This document shows positions 50,401-64,000 of a stretch of 64,000 nucleotides of DNA, in pieces. The translations under genes and the position numbers were made by a program. Where the stretch lies: NCBI GenBank assembly GCA_030704615.1, contig CM060731.1, positions 72,044,001-72,108,000 of the forward strand, in the 5' to 3' direction. Origin of the DNA: Takakia lepidozioides (lineage: Eukaryota > Plantae > Bryophyta). The notes under the pieces were generated by a model. The model was not told where the DNA came from. It saw only the letters and a program-made list of their open reading frames with translations, and made no database searches. Positions within the stretch are counted from its first letter, which is position 1; each line of letters starts with the position of its first letter.

Positions 50401-50914
50401 GATTTGGAAAGAAAATGGCGTTATATAACGACTTTTGGGAAGCGCCTGGATCTCATGGGAGAAAATGGATCTGAAGAAAACATGAGAGAGGATAAAAAGT
50501 CAGACCACCAAATAAAAACTATGAGAAATAAAATTTGCTTAAAATTTGAACAACGGAAAAAGACATGTGAAATTCCATCTTAAACCAGGGCCAAGGATGA
50601 GAAGTATGAAAATGAAATGAAATGAAAATTTGGTGCAGAAAAGTCGTAGAGCTTAGAGGGAAAATGGAGGAAAACCTCATAGAAAAAACTTGAGGACTGG
50701 CAAATTGAAGAACTGTATGTCAACAACGATTGAGTAAGGCTCCTCCTAGTGGGAGACTTCAGTGGGAGAATTGGTTATGCGAAAAGCAAGTCCAATGTTT
50801 CAGAGAAGGACTGGAAATGAGGCTATTTTCTTCCGTTGTTAAAAACCTCTTTGACAAAATTTGAAGACTCCAGTGGTCGTGCCCGCCCATTTTGTTCTTA
50901 TGATCCATATGTTA

Positions 50915-53810
50915 TGTCGCGGCCCTTTGCCTTGAGGGCAGGGGGGGGTCGGGACACAAGAGGGGCTGCCCCTGTGGTGGGGGCAGTAGCAGCGATAGGT
51001 ACGGGGTCTGAAGCACTCTTGAGTGCCCAAGGCACTCAAGGAGGCGGAGGCGCTCACTAGGTGGAGCCCCGCACACCGGGTTGCGGTGGGGGTGGCTCCA
51101 CAAGGGGTGGTGGTAGCTTAGCGGGTCTTAGTGGGGGTGGCATAGGACTCACCATGGGGTGGAGACCTCGAGGTGGGAGTCGTGGGGAGTCTTGGGACTC
51201 ATCACGGTCCATTGGGGCCGCGGTGAGTGGGCCAAGACTCACCGCGACTCACCACCGGGAATCGAGCGTCTTCGTGGTGGTTCGCCATAAAATGGCATGG
51301 CTGGTTGTGAAACCCCCGCGGACAGCTACAGAAGTATATATAGGGAGTAGTAACCCCGAGAACGGTGCAAGCCCGTTGGTGACCAAAAACTAGTGAGTAA
51401 GCGAGCGAGCCGGAAAGCGACCAAAGAGTGGGGAGCTGTTCCAGACTGCCATCTACCAAAGGGAATTCTCCTAGTCCCAAATAGGTGGAGGGTCGAGAGG
51501 GAAGTGAAGGGGGACTGTTATGTCCCGGTGAGCAGCCGAAGCTCCAAGTCGGCCCGGGCGGCCAGGTTGGGAGTCAGGCGCGCGCATCAAAGCGAGTAAC
51601 TATGACTTGAAGGGGAGCTTACCGAAGTGAGGTGCGCGACACTTGGTATCAGAGATTAGAGTTCAGTACGCGATCGTCCTTGGGATTGGCCTCATCATGC
51701 GGTCGGGCAAGCCGAAGAGAAAGCGGAACGGCCCAAAAGATGATGATCCCGGTGAGCCCGATGGGGGCGACGTGTCACCGAAGCGGCCGTTTGAGGAAGC
51801 GACGCAGGTTTATGAAAGCGAGGCCGCTCAAGAGCGGGAGGAATCCGAGGAGTCGGAACCCGAGGAATCCGTGAGAGCTCCGACCGACCAACAGATGCCT
51901 CCCATACCAGCAGCCTTTTGGGAAGGGTTGTTGGCGCAATTTGGCGGGACGTTGAAAGACGTGTTGAAGGCGGCTAATGCCACTTCCACTAAGGCAAAGT
52001 TTAAAGTGAAGCCTAAGGAACCCGGCACCTTCGAGGGCGTCCGAAATCGGAAGGCACTCAACACCTGGCTCCTGGAGCTAGAGCAGTACTTCCGGGCGGT
52101 CAAGTTGAGTGACGAGGATCGGGTGGAAGTGGCTCCCACCTATTTGAGGGGCTATGCTCAACAATGGTGGCAGAAACGCCTTCACGACCGAGGCCCAAGC
52201 CCGGAAACCTTGAACTGGAGTGGGTTCAAGGAATTGATGAAGAGACAGTTTGTGCCCCTCAACGCGTCCTGGCTTGCCCGGGACAAGATGAGGAATTTGA
52301 AGCAAACAGATGACATTCGGGGGTATGTCCAGGCTTTCAATGTGCTGTTGCTCGAAGTCGCGGACATGGCAGAACCAGAAATGGTCTTCAACTTCGTGGC
52401 GGGACTGGCCCCATGGGCCAGGCGGAAGTTGGAGGAGAAGCCACCCAAGACTTTGCACAGGCAATTGAGAGGGCTGAATGTTTCTCGGATGTCCCTAGGG
52501 TTGAGAGACAAGACCGTACGGAGCTGAACCACAAGAAGACCCGGCGGGAAGGTGACTCATTCCGACCGGAAAAGAGGTGGGATAGGCCACGCGGCGACAA
52601 TGGCACGTGGAAATCGAAGGGAGGGCCTTCACACGTCAAGGCGGCACCCGGTGCTTCGAAAGGAAAAGCAGGTGGAGCGGCTTATGGCGGACAAAAGGCG
52701 ACCTTTGATGGAGTGTGTTTCAATTGCGGGGAGCCCGGGCACATGGCCAAGAAGTGCACGAAGCCCCGGCAATTGAACATGATTCGGGCAACCACGGAGC
52801 TGTCGGAAGATACCATCAGTCGCTTGGTGGAAGCGGTGGTCGCCAGGACTTACAAGGTAGGCAACTATTCTTGTGAGTTGTATCAGGAAACTGGCGCCCT
52901 ACGTAAAGGGAGTCAGTTATTGTTCGTGGATGGGATAATATCCGGAACTAATGTGTCGTTGTTGGTGGACACAGGAGCGTCGCACTCTTTCATGACACCG
53001 GCAACGGCACAAAAGCTGGGACTCCCGACAAGTGACGTGGGGGCCTCTATTGAGGTGCGTTCTGCCAAAGGAGAACCACAGTTGGCGACAAGGTTGGCGT
53101 TTGATGTTCCTCTTCAACTGGGGAGTTGGGAGGGACGTGAGAACTTCACCATCTGCGAGATCGATGGAGTAGATCTCATTTTGGGGATGACCTTTTTGAG
53201 CAAATCCGGAGCGGTCATAGATGGCCGCAAGAGAGTGGTCACGCTGCCATGTGGGAATGGTGGCGAGGTTTTACGTGTGTCGGAAACGCCCAAATCCGTG
53301 GGAGGGCGAATAAACCTTCTGTCAGCAAGGGAGTGGGCCGTGGAGGAGGCACACGAACCCCAGTTTTTGCTTTACATTAGAGAAGTGAAGGGAGAAGGTG
53401 ATGGGGAGCCGAGCCCAGATTGGATCAAGGGGATTTTGGAGAAATACCAGGATGTGATGCCGGAGGATTTACCAAGCAGCTTGCCACCCCGAAGAGGAGT
53501 TGACCACAAGATTGAGGTGATACCGGGAACGGAACCGCCTGTCAAGGCACCCTACCGGTTGAGCCACAGGGAGTTGGTCGAGCTGAAGACTCAGCTCAAG
53601 GATCTAATGTCAAAGGGGTACATCTGGCCGAGTAAGTCACCTTACGGAGCCCCGGTGCTATTCGCAGACAAGAAGGATGGGACGCTGCGGATGTGTGTCG
53701 ATTACAGGGCTCTGAATAAGGTGACTATCAAAAACCGGTACCCTTTGCCAAGGATCGACAACCTCTTCGATCGGTTGGCAGGAGCGAAGTATTTCAGCCG
53801 GATCGACTTG
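50915..53810 (+). mobile_element. Conventional Ty3/Gypsy (chromovirus-like) element, 3'-truncated in RT
   Basis: 727-bp LTR 50915-51641 with TGTCGCG...CGCGACA ends; tRNA-iMet PBS tggtatcagag at 51644-51654; gag, [27 protein letters not shown] start to FSRIDL. Confidence 0.9.
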
Positions 53811-53854
53811 CACCTGAAATCTGTCAGCATAAGATTGAACTGGAACCAGGAAAG

Positions 53855-56800
53855 TCGTGGCTCAGGAACTCGTGCTGCTCCTCGAGTCACGGCTGCAGCC
53901 GACTCCACCTACTCTAGTGGTAGTCTCCATGGAACTTGGGTTGGGAAACCTTGCCCCCCTGACCACGCTGTTGGGCAGTCCCTTGTGCCTGTGGGCTGAC
54001 AGCTGTGCCCCGTGCAGACATGTCCTTGCCAAATCCAATTGTAACAACTCGCTCCTCCACCATGTTGAGCTCAATCCGCTCAGCCAGCAGAAACACATCT
54101 GCTAATGTGGGTTGGGCTGCTTGTAACAGGGTTGCATCTCGCACCCTTCTCTTAAGCTCCTTGTCCAGAATTCCATACCAAAACTGGATTGCCTGAGCTT
54201 CAGTAACCCCTTGGGTCACACTTATCAAGCGCCTCATACGAGTGTACGCCTCTCGCAGGCTCTCACTGGGTTTGCGCTGGAAGTCTTGCAAACTTCGCAG
54301 CTTCTCTGTCCATACACCTTGGTAGTTCCTCCGCAACTCCTGGAAGAACTCCACCACCGGGTTGAATCTAGGCACATGTGTTGTAGTTGTGGCAGGAGGA
54401 GTAGTAGCACCTTTTGAACTGGTACCACCTGCAGAAGTACCAGCACTACTTGCTCCACTACTAGTGCTGGCAGTGGGAGCTATTGGTACTGATGTAGCAA
54501 CTGGTCGCGTCGTGCCTCGAGTAATGGAGACGTAGTTAGGTGACCAATACATCCTCCACTCCTCAATCTCTGCATCATGTCCTCGTCTGAACTCGTGGTA
54601 ATCGTCCATAGGCGGGCCTTCCAAATGCTGGAACAGTCCCTTCCACGCCATGAATGGGGTGAATAGCTGTGGATTGCGCATCTGCTGCAAATCACACCAG
54701 CTGTCGAACTCCTGGATAAAGTCATCCAACTCGATTGTGCCCACAGCTCCAGAGTACCTACGAGGCCCCTTGGTAGCTCCATACATCTCCTCCATGTCGT
54801 ACCACAACAATGGCGAATGAAAGTTCACACCTGTTGATGAAGCCTCCGAGTCTGTGTCTGACTCTACAGTAATTGAGGGTGGCGGTGAAGGTGGTCTGAA
54901 CCGAATACCTCGTCTTGTGAACCCACTCTCACTGTTACTACCTGTAGCCGTACTCCCCTCAAAACCCTTGGGTAACTCCGTAATGACACTCACAATGTGC
55001 ACCTCCTCCACGTGACACTATAAGGCTCTAGTACTAATCTAATAGTGACACAGGTGGGCACCTGTTGCAGTTTAAGGGTCATATCCCAATGGCTCAGGGC
55101 ACCTGCACCTGCATCCACCGCAAGAACTCATATGGTTGGCTGGTCATCAACCCAGCCTCACCATAGAAGAAACACTGGTGGTCTTGCTGGTCATCACTCC
55201 AGCCTCACCACCGATAGCATACTCTAGGATTGCCCGGTGATCAAATCCGGCCTAATCCCTATGAAAGCAAGCGCCCACACAAAACCAACACGGCGCACAG
55301 TCAAGCATGCAGGTGTTGGGGGGATCCAAACACAAGAAATCAAAACATCAACACCCCCACACCAAAATCCAGCTGCAATGCTGATCCTGCAGAATAGCCC
55401 AGCCCAAAACCCCGGACTGACTGGCCTCCACCAAGAGAGGCTTTGGCAACTACAAGTACAAGGTAATGAAAATAGTACAGAGATGGAGGGAAGAATAGAA
55501 GCCCGACCAAGCAAGATCTAATCCTGATCTATGCTATCAACTGCCAAACTTCTCTCAAAGTGCCTCGCTCTGCATGATGGTAAGGTGTAGGAGGTATATC
55601 TATGTCCAGAAACCTGCCACTAACCTTGTCCCAAGCTACAGTAGCTCGCTCTAACCAACCCTCCTCCTCTTTCTGCCAGGTAGAGACAAAGCAATACTCC
55701 CCTATCTCCCGCTCACTGAACACTAAAGAAACAAAGGTAGGGTCTGATAGTCTCTCAACTCGAAAGCTTTGAGACGGTTGCGGGTGTCCTCATTGCAAAT
55801 GACTGCATCTCCTTCACGCACAACAAACATGTCATTGCAAATGAACCCCCGCTCGTGGTTGCCATGTGCAGAGCGTGTCCGGCTGCAACGCTGTCTGATT
55901 GCACAAACTTGTGTAGCTCCTGCTCCTCTGCTCCAGTACACCATGGCCTTGTGGCTGAACACCTTAGTACTCGGGGCTGTCTTTGGCTGTGTTCCAAGCC
56001 TAGCTTTCACCCACTTTGGTATTTCATTTACAGCTGCAGAACTGCTGGCTCCAACAGAGTTCTGACTGTCCAAGGCGATATTGAGGCCCTCAACGCCAAC
56101 TACAGCAGTCTGTTGTCTACTGCTAATGCCTGACTCCCAGTATGCAATCAACTCGTCCAACTGTTCTCCACTCAAATCAGTCTGAGTTCCTTACTCAAAT
56201 CAGTTTGAGTTCCTTGGGAAACATAAATCATGTCCCCTTGTGTGCACAGGCTAAGAGAAGAGACATGCCCTTCAATTACGTCCTCATTTCCCCCAGCCAT
56301 ACAAGGAGTACATCCACAGATTTGTCTCTCATATAGACCAGCACAGGTTCTAGAAACAGAATTGTGGATCTTTCATGACACACTCACACTCTAAAAATTC
56401 CATAGATTTTTAGCAGAGTCCTAAAAACAAAAACCAGGTCTAGATAGGTAGATTTCCCTTTTCTGCAGCTATCCCCTCAAAAACTGAGTCAAACAGAGCC
56501 CATTTGACAAAGATATGACCAATTTGGCTCTAAATCATTTAAATTAGATCAAAGGGTTTTTTTGTTTTTTTTTTTTTTTTTTTAAAGTTTTCAAGTTTAA
56601 AATTTAAAGTTACACCCAAAATATCTAGTAACTGGTTCCCGGTTCCCTAAGTTCTATATGGTTTCCTAGGTTCCCTGGCCACGTGCCTGCTGTTCCCCCC
56701 ATTTCATTTGAGTTCAACAGCGTTGTGAGATCCGAAACTTCAAGTAGAGTGAGGCTGGAGATTTCATCAACTAGCCTGTGAATCTTCTCCGATGGCGGGG

Positions 56801-58949
56801 GCATCTGAGCTCTGGCGATGGCGGATCTGCTCCTGCGCTATTGCTCCTCTTCCTCGAACTGGGCGTGCACGCTGCGGCTGAAGATGGAGCTTGCAACAGT
56901 GAGCGGCAGCAGGACGAGGCAAGAACTGACTCGTAGCAGGGAGCTCCCTTGCTCTACAATGGGCCCCATCTTCTTTGCCTCCCGCTCTTTTCATGTGCCT
57001 GCTCACCTCCCTCTCAGTGCAGCATTCCTTCTAATGCCACCCGCAGTGCTCGCAATTTCATGTTGCCACCAATACAGGGAAGTGCCACCAATCCCGAGCT
57101 TATTCTGTCTTCCTTGAAAGCCTGTTGGCCTATCTCAATCTTCTCATGTACTTAGCTTTTCTATCACATGTACTTGCCAGTTCACCTCCATGGCTGTGAC
57201 CCTGCTCTCAAACAGTATAAACATACATAAACTGTGCATCACACAGGCAGTCCTAAGGCTCTGTATTCTCTACACCTTTTAGCCTGTGACCACCTTCTTG
57301 GCAACAATCCAGGCTCTAGGATCTAACCTGCAACATGAGTGTGCAAAAGAACCGTTGTGATGCACACTCATCCAAAGAGATCTGCTCCAGCTCAATACTC
57401 CATGCCCATTTGCTCTCACTCCTTACGGGCCGTCAAGTGGTCTTGGATAGAAAACTCCCAGCTATCAAGACTTTATGGAGTGGTATGAAATGCGACAGTC
57501 ACCCAGTATGACTGTGTTGAGCGCACCGATACATTAAAACGCTTACTGAAATGCTGCTTTTCGCTTTTTGGCAGCCTTCTTGGCCATTCGAGAACCTTTG
57601 TCTGCAAGAAGAATGGAAGCAAACACATGTGTGTCTGCTCTTCACCCTCTCCAAGATCTGCCACATGAAAGCCTTGTTTTACCAGACCTGTGTAGGGAGG
57701 CTCTTGCAAGGCCTGCATCCCTCAAGACTTCCTCTATTGCAACATCATCATTCCATGCCACCTCAGGAATCACTTTGTTAAAATGACGTTGAATCTTCGT
57801 GACGTTTCGCTCATCTTGATCTATGAGCAACAAATTGAAAGCAACACCTTTGCGACCAAACCGCCCGCTTCGACCGATTCGGTGCAGATATGTCTCAGGG
57901 AGCTCTGTTCCCGAAAGCTTGACTGAACGAGGGAAAGTGGTCCGGTGCAGAATCTCAGCGACATCAGCATTCCTCAGAAGTTCGTCTCCTTCATTGTGAC
58001 CGGAAGTCAAATGCGTTCACATTGGCGAAGGTAACTGGTGCCTTGAACTTCCAACCCTGCAGCAAATGGCCATTGCGAGAGACAGCAAACAATGCAGACT
58101 TGCTGCCCTGCAAATTGGAACTAACTTAAGCCGGGAGAGACCTAATATTGCATGGAACGGAAGCCAGTCCCACTCATGCTGGCGGAATATCGCTGGTCAC
58201 CAAATCCCAGCCAGCGCGGGCCCTTCGCCGGGAGAGAGCAGGAGTAGCTTTAGATGAAGAAAGCAGTGTCTCGTTATCCCAGATATGAGAGAAATGGCTA
58301 ATGTTGGCCGCCTCCCATGGGCCCATCGCGCAGGCAGACAGTTCAGTGGTCACTGCAAGACTCCATCACCAAGACCTTGTGGCCAACTATCAAAGTCTCC
58401 AACCTCCACACCTCTTGTTTTTATTTTATTTTTAAAACTCACGAGCAGAGACAACAACTAGATCTGCGCGCACAGCCCATGGCAACAGCAGGGCCAGATG
58501 GACTCCTGCCCCAAGATGTATATTATAATAGTGCTAAAAAAACATTGTATCTAGCTTAGCACTAAAAACTAGGTAGCATCATCTCTCTCGAGTGATAAGA
58601 AAACTAGAAAAACACACTGTTTACACAAGAAAACAACATGAATCCAACAGCATCACTCTTTAAGATAATAGTCGAGCCAGGGGCACCCCAAGCTATGGGG
58701 ACTCCACCCCACAACAACCTACACTCTCATCATAAGCACACTCAGATCTGAAGCGATGAAGGAGCTCGGTCGCGCAGGCTCAACTCGAGAGAGATGAGCT
58801 GCGCGACTGCCGCTCTCGTGAAGATAAGACGGACCAGGTGTCAAACTAAACTTGACACCTGATTTAACACTTGACCTAAATCCAAGTGTTAAATACAAAT
58901 AACTAGTTTTATTCTAACTGTTTTCACACTGTGCTTATTTAACTTGACA
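53855..58949 (-). mobile_element. 5' half of a second copy of the split-repeat element (A1, cargo slot, unknown ORF, gag)
   Basis: Collinear and highly similar to 26772-32246 except the cargo slot and a ~495-bp deletion at 53924; A1 at 58593-58949. Confidence 0.9.
57704..57900 (-). pseudogene. Captured C-terminal fragment of DEAD-box helicase DBP5/DDX19 (plant RH38/LOS4)
   Basis: [24 protein letters not shown]...[28 protein letters not shown]: motif VI plus an RH38-like tail. Confidence 0.75.
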
Positions 58950-59099
58950 GGCCGAATAATATATTTGTTTTTCCTGACACATTGCATTAAAGTATTGTTT
59001 TTTATTGTTTTTTATTTTCGAAATTTGTACTTCTGCTCATGAAAACCGATTGTCTTACTACTCCGCTCATGCCGCTCATGCTCATAAAATAGCAAACCT

Positions 59100-59942
59100 C
59101 ATTGTAGACACAGGCTGTATCAAGCAATCAATCGAATTGCCCATGAGACAGGAAACACAGACCTGAACAGCAAGGTGACCAGTTATAATGTGAAGCCGGA
59201 AGGGCGAGAAACAGTCATGGACTTTGATGATTCTATGCCAGTAATCCAATTGAGAATTGGAAGCACAGAACTAACTGATGTACTGATAGATGGAGGCTCT
59301 GGAGTAAATATCATGACAGACCAATTAAGAAAGAAGCTTGGTCTAAGTAACATGAAACCAGCCCCATTTACAGTAACAATGGTAGATCAAAGGAGTGTAC
59401 AGCCATTGGGATTAATAAGAGGAGTTAAGATACAGATACAGAAGATGATCTTTATGATCACAGTAACTGTGTTGAAGATGGATGAAGTCATGGATGCTTA
59501 CTCCTTATTATTGGGACGTCCGTGGCTGAAACAGGCCAGGGTATTCCATGACTGGAATTCTCAGTTACTAACCGTGCATAATGGGATGCACGAGATACAA
59601 ATTACCACAAAGAAATCTAGTAGATTACCTGCTACGAGAAGACTTCGAGGGGTCAGAGAGTATGACTGGAGAGGAGGACTGGATGAGGAGCAGGAAGCTA
59701 CCCTGTTTGCGGCACACCCAGAGTGGGAGCAGGTTGCAGAGATGCGGCTGGAAGGCCTAAGTTGTTTAAGAAGTATTTGTTGTGGTGTAGTGTCAGCAAC
59801 ACCAATTGAAGAGGAAGAGAAGGAGAAATGGAAATCCTAGAGGAACCAGCCATTGTGAGTTTACAGGATGAAGTGGTGACTGGTTGGACAATCACAGCTG
59901 ATGAGCAGGTGAGGGAAGTGAATGTGGGAACTGAAGAGGAAT
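59100..59942 (+). mobile_element. Fragment of another Gypsy element (protease region)
   Basis: VLIDGGSGVNIM...YSLLLGRPWL, followed by the pre-RT linker EVNVGTEE; cut at 59942. Confidence 0.75.
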
Positions 59943-61541
59943 CGTGTTGGTGATGGTGGAGCACTTCTCCAAGTGGATTGAATTGGTTCCATTGCCTGAT
60001 AAGGCTAGTGAGGGAGCTGCGTATGCATTCTTGGATTGTGTGCTTAGCCGATTCGGTGCTCCAGCTGAGGTACTCACGGACCAAGGGAGAGAGTTCTTGG
60101 GGGAGTTTCAGGCTTTGTGTGACAAGGCCTTGATAGACCACCGCACCACTTCTCGGGATCATCCTGAGGCCGATGGCTTGGCAGAGAGAGTTGTTCAGAC
60201 AGTAAAGAGGGGTTTGCGCAAGTATGGCTTGCAGAAGGGACACCTAGGAGATTGGGACCTTCAGTTACCCTGGTTAGCCATGGGCTACAGGTTCAGCAAG
60301 CAAGCATCACTTGCCTCATTCTCACCATACTTTCTTCTCTTTGGCCGAGAGCCGGATTTGCCTACATCCATTCGCAGAGAAGCTGCTACAGTTCTTAACC
60401 TTGACGATCCGGACGTGTGGGCACGTGCATGTAAGCAGCGTGCAGAGTTGTTCAAGAGAGTCATGCCCATGGCTTTCGAGAACCTTGCCATTGCACAACA
60501 CCGTGATACGTTGAGGTATGCTACCATACGTGGTGGGGGCTATCGTCCTGGGGTTCGGAGATTCAACCCTGGTGACTATGTCTATCTGCAGCAGACTGCT
60601 CCTACGATCCTGGATGTGACTGCAGGACATGTTATTTTGAGGGTTCGAGAGGTCTTGCCCTCAGGCGTCTTGGTCTTGGAGGGTCGGGATGGCATAACTT
60701 GGAAGGACCATGTGCGTAATTGTGCGCCATGTCACCTTCCGAATGTTGATGGCAGGATTGACCCAAACCTGGCAGTGGTATCTGCAGGGTTGAGGTGCAT
60801 GTTGTGTGGGTCTGCTAAAGGGGCAGCCACCATGCTGGTGTGTGATCGATGCTCTAGAGGTTGGCATATGGGATGCTTGACTCCACCTCTTGAGATGGTT
60901 CCAGATGGGGATTGGGTATGTCCACATTGCATTGGATAGTGGGAGTGGATACAACCATGGAAGGCTAACAAGAAACGCAAGGCCCAGCTACTATGAGACC
61001 TTGAACACACGAGATCCTGGCTCAAGTTCACAGATTGCAAGACGGCGACTAACGATGGGGCTACTCTTGTACCCGGCCTCTTGGTCTATAGAGTTTGAGT
61101 ACAATAGGGACAGTGATAGAGGACTTAGTACGGCTGTGGCTATTACATCTTGTAGCTATCTGGAGGTAGAGGGACCTATCCACCAGCTAGGGGGGCGATT
61201 GCGGCAGACTACTTTATTGTGCATATATGTGTGGTGTGGTTTGGACAACAATGTAGTTGTGTAGCGATATGTATGCGCACGACAGCTGTCAAGTTAAATA
61301 AGCACAGTGTGAAAACAGTTAGAATAAAACTAGTTATTTGTATTTAACACTTGGATTTAGGTCAAGTGTTAAATCAGGTGTCAAGTTTAGTTTGACACCT
61401 GGTCCGTCTTATCTTCACGAGAGCGGCAGTCGCGCAGCTCATCTCTCTCGAGTTGAGCCTGCGCGACCAAGCTCCTTCATCGCTTCAGATCTGAGTGTGC
61501 TTATGATGAGAGTGTAGGTTGTTGTGGGGTGGAGTCCCCAT
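59943..61541 (+). mobile_element. Inverted 3' piece of the second copy: integrase core-PHD, B1-gc-A2 (partial)
   Basis: ORF 59944-60939; B1 ~61198-61284, gc, A2 61287-61541. Confidence 0.9.
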
Positions 61542-62802
61542 TTGTGGCGCATGGTCAGTGGCAACGGCCCTGCGAAGTCAAGACTCCACCTGTAGCCCAA
61601 TCCCATGATCGGAAGAGGGTGCAATTGTGGAGTAGGGGCGTTGAATGAAGCACGCACCCTGTCACACACCATGCACCTAGCCACAAATTGTTGCACCTCT
61701 GTGTGCATACCACGCCACCAATACTGCCCCTGCAGTAGACTATGAGTGCGTCGTACCCCAAAATGCCCCAACTCCTCATGGGCATGGCGCACTAACCGTG
61801 CCCGCTGTGTTGGGTGAGGCACAATCCTCACTTGACCATCCTCCCAAACTCGGAGCAGGTGTGTCCCCTCCCACTTGAACCTCTTGGCTCGTTGTAGGAT
61901 CCGATCCCTCTCCTTGGCAGTCACAGTGGCTGCCGTGTCTCCAGTGCGGAGGTAGTCCAACACAACTGAATCCTCATGTATATCTTTGGCGCCACCTTGC
62001 TCATTGCTGGCCTCAGGGTCCTCAGACACTTGATCTACAGTCATCCCTGTTGCAGGTCCAACCTGGCCTTCCCCTGCCAAGATACACAGAAATGCAGATG
62101 CATGCCATCCGGGCACCATCTCCTCGTCCGTCTCACCATGCCACCGAGCTCCAGTGTCATCCTGTTGGCTCGTGCATGGATTGCGACTCAACCCATCTGC
62201 ATTGCGATTGACCAAACCCGGTCGATGCACCATCTGAAAGTCATACTCTTGAAGGATGAGTGCCCACCGTGCAAGCTTCCCCGTAAGCTTGTCTGACTCC
62301 ATCAACCTTTGAGTGGTTGGTGATCCGTGACAAGGGTGAAGAGATTGCCGTATAGACAGCACCTGAAGTGTGCCACGGCCCACACTGCAGCTAAGCATTC
62401 TCCCTCATATGAGCTATACTTAGACTCTGCAGCGTTGTTCAAACGGCTAGCATAAGCCACTACGAACTCTCTTCCCTCATCATCCACCTGTGTGAGCACC
62501 GCTCCAAGCCCCAGCATGCTCCAATCTGTATGCAGCTGAAAAGAACGCCCCCTGATAGGTCGTCTCAAGATGGGCGCCGAAGTCAACCTCGCCTTGAGCT
62601 CTTGAAAAGCTTGTTCTTGCTCATCTTCCCACTGCCACTCCTGGTCCACCTTGGTCAGCTTGGTTAGAGCCTTTGCAATGGCACTACATCCTTTAACAAA
62701 CCGTCTGTAATAGTTTGCTAACCCCATGAAAGCTCGAACTCGGCTCACATCCGTGGGGCATGGAACCTGTGCAATGGACTCTACCTTAGTCTGCTGTACC
62801 CC
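61542..62802 (-). mobile_element. RT C-terminus/RNase H/integrase N-terminus of the second copy
   Basis: Highly similar to ~22115-23370. Confidence 0.9.
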
Positions 62803-63179
62803 AGAAACTCAAAGAGGAAAATGAAACAGTGCGAAGAAACACGCGCGAAGAGAATGGAGTCCACAGGGAACATGAGAAGAAATTAGAAGTAGAAGGGGGA
62901 AAGTGGGCATGGCACTACCGACGTGGCGCGATTTCACAAGCGCCAACTATCCGCCGTCATCGCATTGAATACGTCCACCGAACGAACGCATCGTACTAAA
63001 TTCATCCACGGTTCTCGCACGTGCGGCAGACTCATTTCCCATTGGGCCGAGAGTCCAGCGGACCGCCAGTCCAGCGGACCGACTGCACAGCAGACCGACG
63101 GCCCAGTGGGCCGACTGTGTAACGACAAAAGAATTAGAGGCGAAGAGCGGACTGACGACGTGGCACAAGATCACTGGCG

Positions 63180-64000
63180 CCTGGTTGCCGCAGTACTGGC
63201 ATTTACTCAGTCCAGAAGACTACCACGTGTTCAGAAGGACGGTCCACCACACCCACACCGAAAGGACTAACTAAACGGAGGACTGATAAAGTAACTCCCA
63301 ACAGACACATCGCAAGAGACGGAACCCCAGCAGACTGGTAGATAAGCGACATATGGAATGCAGTGGTGGGTCGGCAGACCTACTGCGAGCAGACTCGTGG
63401 CAGGACTGAGTGACAAATTGATGGGCAGACTGACTGACATGATCCATACAACACGATTGTGGAGCAAACGGACAGTTCAGCGGGCGGACTGACGACCAAA
63501 GAGACTGAGAGGAGAACATGAAAGTCGACCAGACTAGCAAACTCACTGGCTGCACAACAGACTGATATAGTGACAGTCCAACAGACTGCTATCCATGAAA
63601 AAAAAACTCTACTTCAACAGACCGACAAGAGAAGAAGGCAAAATACTGGAAGGACATTTGATTGAGGGGATTGATGGGAAAACAAGAAAGTGGAAGAGAC
63701 ACACTTCCAATAGACTTCCGGCACAACAGACAGAGAAAATGAGGAGTCCCACAGACTGATTTCACAACAGACAGACTTCCAGCAGACTGTAAGTTCAACA
63801 GACTAACGATAAAACTGATTGAGGCGAAGCGGCTTCATATTGGAGGTACTTCCCTGCCAGCGGACAAACTGCGAAGAGACTAGCAGTCTGTTCGTCTGGT
63901 ACTTTGTCAGTCTACTAGACGAACAGACTGATATCCATTGGGGAACGATTGTCGAACACACCTCCGGTTCAGCAGACTAGTTTGCAAAGAAGCGGGCGGA
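63180..64000. repeat. Low-complexity region of dispersed cagact(g) motifs, probably TE-derived
   Basis: cagac/agact recurs every few tens of bp on the + strand. Confidence 0.4.

Overview
Eukaryotic land-plant nuclear DNA, probably a non-seed plant (inferred from the PLS-PPR style and repeat content). Host genes: the 5' part of an RNA Pol IV/V largest-subunit gene (minus strand, running off the left edge); MCD1 (minus) head-to-head with an organellar GET3/ArsA ATPase (plus); and a four-exon gene fusing OSB-type 'PDF' ssDNA-binding motifs to a PLS-class PPR array with a decayed DYW tail. The main finding is an ~11.9-kb Gypsy-like retroelement (20339-32246, minus). Its pol reads protease - complete DNMT3-like cytosine methyltransferase - RT - RNase H - DDE integrase - PHD finger. 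It has split direct repeats (A1...B1-A2-B2) instead of two ordinary LTRs, a 4-bp TSD, a self-complementary (non-tRNA) primer-site position, an unknown ORF upstream of gag, and a ~1.7-kb slot whose content is entirely different in a second, broken copy (53855-62802), where it carries a DBP5/LOS4 helicase fragment. The rest is LINE fragments, two conventional Gypsy fragments, a MITE and degenerate tandem repeats. All coordinates were read by eye; exon and breakpoint ends may be off by a few bases.
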